Shown: piece by piece, positions 24,437-35,799 of the stretch | Numbering within the stretch: position 1 is the stretch's first letter | Layout of the letters: each line of letters starts with the position of its first letter | NCBI RefSeq assembly: GCF_001194135.2 | Contig: NC_068994.1 | Coordinates: 3,388,540-3,452,539 of the forward strand | DNA length: 64,000 nucleotides | Direction: 5' to 3' | Source of the DNA: Octopus bimaculoides | Lineage: Eukaryota | Position numbers and translations under genes: made by a program | Notes under the pieces: generated by a model | Told to the model about the DNA's origin: nothing | What the model saw: only the letters and a program-made list of their open reading frames with translations | Database searches by the model: none

Positions 24437-25857
24437 TGCTGTTGTTGTTGCTGTGTTGGTGGCGGCGGTGCTAGGGGTGGTGGTTGTTGCTGGGCTGCTG
24501 CCGCAGGGGGTGTCTCTACCGGCTGAGATGAAGAATGCTCACAATGGCTGGTGTTCTTTGTGGAACCTGCTCGAGGAGTGTAGGTCTTCCTGTTGGTCTC
24601 CTGGTTGGCTGCGAATGGCTTCTCTCCAGATTCCTGTGACTCAGCGTGATGGTGGTGGTGATGGTAATGGTGATGGTGGTGGTGGTGGTTACAGAAGTTT
24701 TGATGTCGGTTTTGAATCTTTGGTTCATTGTTTCGTTTGGGGGTGACTTTGTGTGCAGAGCAGCAGGTTGGAACAATTGGCGAGGTGGCTTTGCAGCTAT
24801 GGACTAAACAGGTTGTAGCTGGAGCCGGCTGACAACATGGTGATGGAATCTTCTCACCTGTATGGGTTCGTTCATGAGTGTTCAGGTGAGCTCTTTGGCT
24901 AAATGATTTGTGACAATACACACAAGTGAATGGCTTCTCTCCGGTATGAGTTCTTTGGTGATTGTTCAAATGGTCGCGCTGACTAAATGCTTTCTTACAC
25001 ACATGACATTTGAATGGTTTTTCGCCGGTGTGAATGCGTTCATGAGTGTTGAGGTGGGCTTTCTGGCTAAACGACTTAAAGCACACGTCACAGTTGAATG
25101 GTTTCTCCCCTGTGTGAATCCGCTCATGGTTACGCAGGTAAGTTCTCTGACTAAAAGTTTTGTTACAGATGTAACAGCTGAATGCTTTCTCCCCTGTGTG
25201 GACCCTTTCATGATTCCTTAGATGTGCACGCTGACTGAAAGCTTTCAAACAGAACGTGCAGCTGAAGGGTTTCTCTCCCGTGTGGACACGTTGATGGTTA
25301 CTCAAGTGGTCCCTTTGAGCAAACGCTTTACAACACATGTGACATCGATAGGGTTTTTCTCCAGAGTGGACCCTCTCGTGGACTTTCAGGTGAATCTTTT
25401 GGCTGAAAGATTTTGGACAAGACTCACACTGGAATGGTTTCTCTCCTGTATGGATGCGTTCATGGCTCTTCAAGTGGGCTCGTTGACAAAATGCTTTGCA
25501 GCAGTACGCACAACTAAAGTGTTTGCCACCAGCAAATGCTACTTCATGATTGTTCAGATCTGCTCGTCTTGAGAAAGCCTTGCGACAAGTGTTGCACTTG
25601 TATGGCTTCTCCCCGTGTTTGTGATTATAATAAACCGGCTGCTCCATCACCACGGACTTACGATTATTTAAGCTCGAACCTTCCCTCGTTTCACTTGTGT
25701 CATCGCTGCTACCAGGAATGTTGCTGTTATTGTTATTACTGTTATTGTTGTTGTTGTTGTTGTTGCTGTTGTCATTGTTGTCTTGCAGATGTAGACCACA
25801 AGTATGATAGTTTGGTGGTGGCACCATTGTAGGATATATGGGTTGGTCGGAATACAT
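23922..25857 (-). CDS. C2H2 zinc-finger protein ZNF-B (1 degenerate + 8 intact fingers, poly-Asn, poly-His, Q35, poly-Gly); interrupted by N gap 24153-24306
   Basis: ORF from gcaccATG at 25857 with 8 canonical fingers. The gap is 154 N (not a multiple of 3). The paralog-conserved motif WENSYSWARGF...VFPC lies in the frame ending at TAG 23922-23924, not in the frame ending at 24025. Confidence 0.88.
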
Positions 25858-26412
25858 GGTGCTTACCTTATTTGACAGGAAAACCTTCCAAAAATCCTTT
25901 TGACTTCAATTCCACTACAAATATATCTCAATAAACTTTACAATTCTCATTAAATATTTTTTCTAAAAAAAATCTTTTTCTTTCTTTAAATTAATTTTCT
26001 GTTCTCTCTCTCTCTCTCTCTAATCAATTTATTGATCACAAAGCTCACAGTTTACAAGATTTGGTAGATTCTCGTCAGAGGTGTTGTAGTTCTGGTGGTG
26101 GAGATGATGATGGAACGTGCTCTTTCGTGTAACTTTATATCGATATAAACAGTTGGCAGGACAGCAGTAGAAGACAGCCATTTAGATGGAGATCTGAAAC
26201 AGAGAAGGTGGCCATTAATATTTCTAATAAAACACCAGCACATGTTGTTCACCCCTGACCCATCACAAACAGCAAAGCATGAAACTGAAACACTTCAATC
26301 TGTATTAGTTGACATGAAACCAATGCTAACTTTCTAACCAGTTCTATGCCAAGAGCAAGGATATACTATATGACTAGATGAAACATATATAGATATATAT
26401 ATGTAATAAGTA

Positions 26413-26830
26413 CAGGCGTAGCTGTGTGGTAAGAAGCTTGCTTCCTAGCTTCATGGTTTCAGGTTCAGTCCCACTGTGCAGCACCTTGGGCGAGTGTCTT
26501 CTACTCGCCTCAGGTCGGCCGAAGCCTTGTGAGTGGATCTGATAGACAAAACCTGAAAGGAGATCATCATATACTATATATATGTGTGTGTGTGTGTGTG
26601 CATATGTCTGTGTGTGTGTATGTGTCTTTGTGCCAGTGTTTGTCCCCCACCACCGCCACTCAACAACCGACGTTGGTGTGCTTACATCCCTATAACTTAG
26701 CAGTTTCATAAAAGTACTATTCTTTAAAAAAAATCAAGTACTGGGGTGGTTCAACCAACTTAAAATTCTTCAAGGTGATGTCCCAGCATGGCCACAGTCT
26801 AATCACATACAAGAAAAAAGACAAAAGATA
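26413..26830 (+). mobile_element. tRNA-derived SINE, near full length
   Basis: Head ggcgtagctgtgtggtaagaagcttgcttcc..ggttcagtcccactgt; internal (TA)(TG) microsatellite; tail ..ccagcatggccacagtc..A-rich. Same head as the copies at 21430, 22150 (minus) and 44455. Confidence 0.75.
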
Positions 26831-27188
26831 TTATATATATATATATATACATACACACAATACATTGAATATTGTGTGGACGGAAATCCCAGGTATAATT
26901 GACTTAATTTAAGTCTGCTAATTTAGATAGTCAAAGGTTGTGATGTCACCTTGATGTAATGGTTAACAGCTTCACAGCTTCCAGCAGAGGTGACACTGAA
27001 ATCTCAGAGGCAGTGCTACAGCCTCTTCCAATCTTTTTCTATATTAGATGTGTGTGAGGTGTGGATAGATGGCTAAATAGACAGACAAACAGATATAGAT
27101 ATAGTTGTCAGTAGAGATCAGGGAGAAAGAGGAGAAAAGGGAGGAGAGAGAGAAAGAAAGAAAGAAAGATACAAACAAAACATTTGAG

Positions 27189-27599
27189 GATGTTCTGTGA
27201 TTTGTACCTTTTTCACAGGTGGCTGATGACATTTCAAGATGTCAATTTTGTCTTTTAAAGAAAGGGAGAAAGAGAGAAAGACAAGAAAAGAAAAACAAGA
27301 AAGACAGGGAGAAAAGGGCTTCTTTTCAAGTGCATTGCATCAATGTGGTCAGCCTGTTGAAGTTTTAATTAGAATTCAAGATGTCAGCATTGATTCAGTC
27401 AGTTTTTGAAAGCATCTCTGAGTTCGTGTGTGTATATGTTATATACACATATGCAATGTGTGTATAATATATATATTATGAGAATGTGGTAGATAGATGT
27501 GTATGTATGTGAATATTTACAAACATTGAGAGAGAGAGATTCTTTGGGTGTATAGTGTGTATGTATGTATGTATATATGTTAATATGTATATAATGAGA

Positions 27600-27637
<38 letters not shown>

Positions 27638-27872
27638 TGCTTTCAAAAACAATGACTAAATCAATGCTGACATCTTGAATTGTAATTAAAACTTCAGCAG
27701 GCTGACCATATTGATTCAATACAATTGAAAAGAAGCCCTTCTCTCTCTCTCTCTTTCTGTCCTTTTGTTCTTTTTTATCTGTCTTCTTTTTCTTTAAAGG
27801 ACAAAATTTGACATCTTGAATTGTCATTATCATCAGCTGCCTCTATGGAAAAGCTATAAATCACAGATCATC
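27189..27872. repeat. Inverted repeat, about 230-240-bp arms, about 213-bp spacer
   Basis: 27189-27419 aligns to the reverse complement of 27633-27872, e.g. gtcagcctgttgaagttttaatt..caagatgtcagcattgatt against aatcaatgctgacatcttg..aattaaaacttcagcaggctgac. Confidence 0.85.
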
Positions 27873-28344
27873 TCCAAACATCCTTTCTTTCTTTTCTCTT
27901 CTCTCTCCTTCCTCACCTCCCTTCCTTCCTCTCTCTAGAAACTCACATATAGACAACAAAAATCCTCTTTTAGATTTGTATAAAAAGGGCAAGAGATTTT
28001 CTGTAAAACTTATATCTGAGGAGTCTCCATGAATGAGATGAAAGTGCTAATAAAGAATTATCCAAAATTCTGACTGCCTCCTTTTCCTGTATATATAAAA
28101 TCTGTACATCACTTCAAACAATCTACACACACACACACACACATAGTTGAATCAAATTTGACTAAATTTGGGTGCAATGAAGTGTGGAAACGATTGCAGA
28201 GATTTGAAATAAAGAATGTTGTTTAATCCACTTTCTATCATTCTCTCGAAGAACGCAAGACTTGGTATCGCTGGTGGAGAGCATCTTGAAATGCAGGGCT
28301 GCTGTCCAGCCATCAGACCCATGGTCTTTCCAGACCAACCATAT

Positions 28345-28407
<63 letters not shown>

Positions 28408-29099
28408 TTGCAAGTATATGTATGCCTAAATGTTGTTTTCAGATGCCTTCATTCAGACCATTTCAACAAAAACAATTTTGTTTTAAATTCTCCAGTAAAC
28501 CCCCACATCCACCCCATAGTTTGAGAGACTGCATCAGTTTCAATGTGTGAGGACCAGTGGAATGAAAATACCTTACTTAAAAAAAACAGTTAAATGTTGA
28601 TGACAGGAAGAGCATCCAGTCATAGACTATCTACCTCAACAAGTTTCACCCAATGCATGCCAATACAGAAAAACAGACACAAAACTCATGTTGAGAATGA
28701 TGATAGCTACACCTGAAGATTGTAGCAGGTAGAGTGCTGTGAAGCACCTATGCCCAGGTAAGCTCAGTTCCTCTGCATGTTTACAATTGTATTATATGCA
28801 CTACAAGGTGTATATATGTGTCCTCCATTCACTCTTGCAACTTCAACCCACCCACACTCCTAATTCGTCTGTCTCCTATTTACTCTTGTACCTCGAGGGT
28901 CCACCCAGAAACTTCAATCACTTCCACCCTCTCTTCTCAAATCTGAGCAGTCATTTATCTCCTCACAAGTAAGAAAACCGTTTCTGCTCTGGCTCCTCGT
29001 CTCAAACCTTAATTCCACATCTCCTAGCCTAAAGCTGTTTCTCTCAAGGTTTTTGTAGTCTTGCAAGCTCCATGACAACCTCACTAATGCTGATGCCAT

Positions 29100-29265
29100 G
29101 TAAAAAGCACATAGCACACTCTGTTAAGGGGTTGGCATTAGGAAGGGCATCCAGCTGTAGAAATCGGCCAAAAGCAGACACTGCATGAAGCAGTCATTGA
29201 ACACATTGGAGCCTGCCAAACTGTCCAACCCATGCCAGCCTCGAAGATGGACGTTTAATGATGAT
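29100..29265 (+). repeat. Copy of the (GAT)n-tailed dispersed module
   Basis: ggttggcattaggaagggcatccagctgtagaaa..ccaacccatgccagc..ggacgtttaatgatgat. Confidence 0.7.
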
Positions 29266-29358
29266 CACACATGCACACACACACGTGCAAAAATGACCCT
29301 TACAAATACGTGTGTGTGCGTATGTATACATACATACTGTTTTTGTTATTTCATTTAT

Positions 29359-29394
<36 letters not shown>

Positions 29395-29819
29395 CTTTTC
29401 CTTTTTGTCTTTGTTTCATGGAATGTGTGTCTATGCTGATGTAAGAGTCTAACTTTATCAACTAATCAGTTGTGTCTTTTCTGTGTGAATCTATCTTTGG
29501 TCTGTCTGTGTGTCTCTGAGATCCAGAAGAAAAAAACCCCACGAGAATGAAGACTGAGTAGATGGTGAAATAACATCAATGATGGTGGAGGAGGAAGGTG
29601 CTGATGGTGGTGGGGGTCTTGGTTTTTGGTTGTGGAGATGATAATAGTAAAATAGCAACGATAATGGGGATGATGTTGATGATGATGATGATGATGGCAT
29701 TGGTAGTGATGGTGATGATGATGATGATGATGGAACCGACCAAAGAAGAAAAGAATGCTGCTATTCGTTCTGGTGATTATTTCTCCCATTTTTTTTTTTA
29801 GATTCTAGTAAATGATTTC

Positions 29820-30623
29820 ATGTGGAAAGATAGAAAGAATGAAAGAAAAAATATACATATAAGAAGAAATCAATGAAAGAAAGGAGAGAAAAAAAGAATT
29901 ATAAGGGAACAGAATAAACGGAAATATAAAAAAAAATAATGGTGGTGGAAATGAGAGAGAGAGAGAGAGAGATAAGGGACAAGAAAATGTGAAAGAAAAA
30001 AATTGAAAAGAAAGGAAATGAAAAGATATAAAGGGACAAAAAGAAAAGGAAGAAAAAGAGAAAGAAAATTATATAAAAGAAATATACGAAGGAGGAGGAG
30101 GAGGAAGTAAAAGAAAAGGGAGGAGAAGACGAGATTAAGAAAAGAAAAGAAAATGGAGGTACGAGTAAGTAATAAGGAGAGAGAGGGGAGAGAAGAGAAG
30201 AGAAACAGGGAAAATGGGCAAAGGATAAGATAGGAAATAGAGAGAGAGGGGGAGAAGGAAAGAGAGATAATACAGAGTGAGGCAAGATAGAGGAAAGATA
30301 ATGTATTAGAAGAGGAAAGAGAAAGTAAGAAAATGGATAATGTAATAGAGAGAGGGGGAGGAAAAGTAAGAGAGATACTCTACTAAGGAAGAAGAAAGAT
30401 AAGGTAATGTATTAAAGAGGGAAGAGATAAAACTAGATAATGTAATAGAGGGAGAGATTGTAGATAATGTATAACGAATATATATGTATTAGAGGGAGGG
30501 AGGGAGAGAGAGAGAGGATAATGTATGCCAGAAGGTAGAGAGAAAAGATGTGTAATGGAGGGGGGAGTAGATAATGCATTGGAGAGAGGGAGATATTGTA
30601 TTAGAGAAGGAAAGAGGGTAAAA

Positions 30624-30694
<71 letters not shown>

Positions 30695-30740
30695 GAGAGA
30701 GGGATAATGTATTACAGGAGAGGATGAGAGAAAACGAAAG
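29820..30740. repeat. Polypurine/polypyrimidine low-complexity tract with recurrent GATAATGTA
   Basis: About 900 bp strongly A/G-biased on the plus strand, ending in (GA)n; exact GATAATGTA at 30297, 30336, 30436, 30463, 30517 and 30703. Confidence 0.8.
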
Positions 30741-30819
30741 ATTAGCGGGAGATTTATAGAAAAGGTAATTGATGTAGTGTATGATGACGATGGTGGAGAT
30801 GAATATTTTGGTAATCTAT

Positions 30820-33480
30820 AGTATGATGATGTTTACACCGAGGTCAGCCGGAGCGAGTAGAGACCTATAATCAGAGCTATTCCAGCGGTGACCATCCCAT
30901 CTTCTTCCAACGTGCAAGGAGTTAGCTGAGGACTACATGGAATGCTGCCTTTATTTCTATTTTTATTTGTCTAAGACGGTGATTTGAGGATGGTGAACGC
31001 TTCCTTCCTCCCACAACCCTGATGATGAGGAGATGGGGTTATGATGGTGATAGTTGTGAGATAAAGGGAACAGGACGAAGATAAATGAGAAAGGAAATAC
31101 AAAGAGAAAGAGGCGACGTATTTAATAAATAATAGAGAACACCTGCAGCAGACATTGATAGAAAAAGTGGGAGGGACGATGGTGGTGGTGGTGACGGCGG
31201 TGAAGGAGAAATTCAAAGGTTTGTAGAAAAAAAATTAAAGGTGAAATAGGGGTGTTTTATGTCTTGTTCTATAACCTTAGTGGGTACAGGAGATATTTTG
31301 GGGAGCTGAAGAGTGATGTTACAAGCTGATTCGACCCTAGTATATCGATGGTACTGATTTAATTGACCCCAGAGGGATTTTGAACCCCGAACGTAGGGGA
31401 GACAAACCGATTCTGTGTTGTATATACTTCTTTCTCCCAGTCGGGCTACACACACGTTCACAAGGTAGGACCGATGAGATTGTGTGATGTTCATGCCTTC
31501 CTTAAAATCATCAGGTGATGGAGCCTAGCACAAATGGAGGTCAGGAGGGAGGGGGGAGATATGAGTGATAGAATCGATCTAATTATTCTGTTGAGTTTAT
31601 GACCCCGGACCGATGAAAATCGAAAGACAATCTCAATGTGATTCGAACGTAGATTATGGAAGACCCAAACTAAGCCACCAGATCGATTCTCACCACATTT
31701 GCCACACATAAGGGTTGAGCTAACCTGCTAAAAACAGCAGCCAAACTTCCTTCAAACCACATTTACCCGTCTTCAGGAAAGAGGAGGGAAGCAATATATA
31801 TCAGAAAATGGTAGTCATCGATATCTCTGCCAACAGATGGCATGGTCACGGTTGGAATACTCGATCAGGCTTGACCTGGGACTAAACAACGGCCAGTTCT
31901 ATAAAAGGAAGACCACATTCGCTCCAACCGTGATCCCCGACGATACAACTGGTACTTATTTTTACCGAGATCAGGCGGTACAGATGTACTAACTTTACTG
32001 ACACGTTGAGAGGAGTTGGTCCATACATAGTTAATTAGTCTGCTAGAAATAACTGCTAAATTTCCCTCAAATCACACTCTTATGATCTTAGAAAAATGAA
32101 AGACACGCTGGACAATATATATATATACACACATATACACAGATGGGTTGTCGTGGTTGGAACATCTTTGATCGATAGGTCTACTCCTCCAAGACTTACC
32201 TGGTGCGTAGCAACAACTTCTTTTCATTAGACACAAGGCTAATGGAGGAGTGGTGCTAGTTGAATGAACTTCAGTGTATCACTGGTATTCTACACTGTGA
32301 TTATATACATTTTCTCAATAGACAAAAAGGCGGATGTATATACACACACACAGTGAGGGAGAGAGAGAGAGAGAATGAGAGGTAGATAGAGAGAGATAAG
32401 ATTTTACATCTTTTAATCTTTTCACCAGAGAAGTTTCGTATCGAAAAACCGAAAATGAACCAGGATATGCAGGGAAATGTAGTCCCTCATATATATAAAT
32501 AGATGGGATGGTCAAAGCTGGAACGTTTTTCCTCCCCGGGTTGTTTGGCGACGACTGACCTAGGGCTTAAACGTCAGCGAATTGAAACTAAAACGAGTTA
32601 ACAAGGTAGCTCCTATGTGGTCACTCAAGATGCTAGAAATAGCAGCTAAATCTTCCTCTATTAACGCCATACCGTCTTTATTTGACAATGTAATAAACTG
32701 ACATAGAAAAGAACAGGATAGTTACGGATGGGGCGTTTTTGATGGAAGATTTGCTCAATAGAATAAAGTACCAGTGAAAAACCGTGGTCGATTTAATATT
32801 TCTATAAGTATTCGAGAGGTGGATGGAATTATATAAGGGTAAGACTGAGCTGGGGTTCAACAACAACAACAACAACAACAATTGAAAATAAAAATTTTAA
32901 AAACAGGATATTGCAATGTTGGGATACAAAAAATAATGAAATTATTTAACTATCATTCGACCCTGTTTATCGTCAAACCAGGCAACTGGTCTTTTTCCTC
33001 GACATAGAAATCCTCTTCACACATCCACTTGCATCCCGCCTACAATAAGAGAAAAAAAATATCTTCCTCGAGACAGGCCGCTACATCTTTCGCGTGTGTC
33101 TTCGAGCGGGATTTGAAGAAGTCTGTGAATTGATGCGTTAAGAGAAGCATGTAACAGACTTTATTTTCGTTAACTTTGTTGCCAATCATTTTTATGGAAC
33201 CGTAATAGTTGTCTACAGGAATAGACATCATCCCCAAACCCGACCCACGTCAACTGTCCTTGTTTGAAGGACGGCGGAGGCGCTCCTCGATGTGATCGCT
33301 CGACATCTCTAAAAGTAGCAACCAAATCACCCTCTACTGTCCTTTACAAAAAATGTAGGACAATGCATAATGTAGTCTTAGAGACACTGGTTTATAAAAT
33401 ACGGGATGGTCATGGCTGGAACACCTTTGATCAGAGGTCTGCTCGATCATCCCTGATGTAGTTAGATAGCAATATCAACA
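30820..33480. repeat. Dense field of old, decayed SINE-like fragments
   Basis: Repeated degenerate motifs gatggtcacggttggaat..ctttgatc..tctgctcgatc..ctaaacaac and tgctagaaatagcagc.aaat..cctcaaa at about 30820-30900 (minus), 31840, 32040-32210, 32500-32660 and 33405-33470; also seen at 11720-11985, 38575-38640 and 61640-61810. Confidence 0.55.
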
Positions 33481-33736
33481 AACTTGCTTTATAGGACTGA
33501 ACGGGCGGAAGGGGAAATGGTGTCTACATCGTCTGGTTAATTACATTTTATAAAATTAACAGTATTTCAGGTGTAATGTCAATGCTTTAACAGAAAAATA
33601 TTTCGAAACTGCCATTTTTGTGGAATTAAATATGTAAATTATTCCCGTGAAATTGCTGAGGTTGATATAATCGTCTCGGCCCACCCACAAACTGTGTGAC
33701 CCCGTGACGAAATCAAAAACCACTTTTATTAATATT

Positions 33737-33950
33737 AAGGCGGCGAGCTGGCAGAATTGTAAGCGCGACGGAAGAAATACCTAGCGGTATTTCTTCCGGC
33801 TCTACGTTCTGAGATCAAATCCCGCCGAAATAGACTTTGCCTTTCATCCTTTCGGGATCGATTAAATAAAATACTTGAGAGCTAGAGTCGGTGTTATCGA
33901 CTTACCCATTCCCACGAAAATTGCAGGCCTTGTGCCAAATTTTGAAGGAA
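33737..33950 (+). mobile_element. Second tRNA-derived SINE family, complete copy
   Basis: ggcggcgagctggcagaa (A-box-like)..gagatcaaatccc (B-box-like)..gactttgcctttcatcctttcggg..ggccttgtgccaaattttgaa; a decayed sister copy follows at about 34000-34165. Confidence 0.7.
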
Positions 33951-34527
33951 TTATGAAATCTTTCTGCTTTTTGCATTTCATGATTGTACAACGCTTCGCG
34001 GTGTTTAGTTTCATGCACTCACGTTCAAATCCCGCCAGGGCCAACTTTTCTATTCACCCAGCCGGAGCAGATAAAATAGGTGCCCAATTACGTGTACTGG
34101 GGTAAGATTCAAGCAATTACACCCTCACCTGAAATGTCCGGCTTTCTGTCTGTGTATGAAATCACGAATACTAGAAGCAGTAGCTGATAGAATAAGGACA
34201 GTTGAGGGCAAAATATTTTGGGGTTTTCCGTTATTTCTTCGTCCCCAGTTCAATTTCAACCATGGACAAAATAGGGTGACACCTACACAACCTCTTGAAA
34301 TTTGCAGCTTTCTCTATTGCATCTAATCCTCATCACTAACATTATAATCGTTATCTTTTCAGACATTGGCATAGACTCACATTGATTAACTTATTATCAT
34401 TATTATCCGATAAAATTAAAAAAGGAAAACAAACAGAAATACGAGAAAGAAAGCAGGATCAAATATTAAAGGTTAAAAAATGTATAACTTTAAGAAAGAA
34501 TAGCAAAAACACACACACACATATACG

Positions 34528-34560
<33 letters not shown>

Positions 34561-34570
34561 NNNNNNNNNN

Positions 34571-34610
<40 letters not shown>

Positions 34611-34791
34611 TATCTATATATATATATATTGATCAATATTAACTCTTTAGCAAAGTTTAGACTGTCTACTTACCAAGTTGCGCTTGTACAGGAAAATGTT
34701 GACAGAACTTAGCGATGTGTATATATGTGTGTGTGTGTGATGCCTCTTTAAACGATGCACTTCATATGGTTTATGTGTGTCCAGTTACTAC

Positions 34792-34834
<43 letters not shown>

Positions 34835-35489
34835 GAGCACTATACAATATAGAAATACTAATGAATGAATAAGATCTTATAAAGCAGTTTTTATCGTTGT
34901 TTTGTTCTGACGATGGCAAGAGAGCGTGAGATGTAAAACAAACAGACGGTGTGATCCAGAAATGTTGTCCTGCGCCCGGTGGAGGAGCAGGACTCAGACA
35001 GGCATTAATCAAGTGCCCACACCTTCTTCTTCTTCTTCTAGTGTTGTTGTTGTCATTGTGGCTCCATTTGGCTAGGAAAGTACAGGAAGTAGCAGTAGCA
35101 GCAGTGGCGACAGTAGCAGCGACTAGCGGTGGCGGCTGAGAAACAAGAGGAGATAACCGCTAAGAAAAAGAGAGAGAGAGAGAGAGTCTTAGTCTTTATA
35201 ATTCTGTTGACGTCTATTTCTTTTTTTAATTATTTGTCCAGGAAACCCAGTCAGGTTTAGTACTTAAATATTCGCCGAATTACGACACAGTTTCCGTCTA
35301 CCAAATTTCAGGCTCACGGTATTTAGTCCACCCGAAGCAAATTTCTAAACCACTCGCCCAACTTCCCAACTTGAGTCTAATTTTAGAGGCACAATGACAA
35401 AATCTTTGATATTTGAAATATTCTTCAAGGTGATGGTCATCATGTGTATAACCAAAGTTTCGCTGGTCTGAAATAACCACAACAATATA

Positions 35490-35670
35490 AAGCATCATCA
35501 ACATCATCATTTAACGTCCGTTTTCCGTGCTGACATGGGTTGGATGATTTGACAAGAGCAGGCAAGGCAGAAGACTGCACCAGGTTCCTGTTGTCTGTTT
35601 TGGCATGGTTTCTATGGCTGGATGCCCTTTCTAACACCAACCACTTTACAGAGTGTACTGGGTGCTTTTT
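35490..35670 (-). repeat. Reverse copy of the (GAT)n-tailed dispersed module
   Basis: catcatcatttaacgtccg..catgggttggatg..ggctggatgcccttt. Confidence 0.7.
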
Positions 35671-35799
35671 CACAAGGGATTTTCTATGGGTAGGAGAGAT
35701 TCTTGATGATATTAAGGCTCAGCAATTCGAGTGATTCTGGAGCCCTGCTCATATTTAAAGCAGAGTAACATGGTATGGTGTAGTGTAGCAGTGTTCTTT

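Noticed and set aside
29899-30285. Phe/Leu/Ser-rich ORF resembling a membrane protein
   Set aside because: Translation of the polypyrimidine strand of a low-complexity tract.
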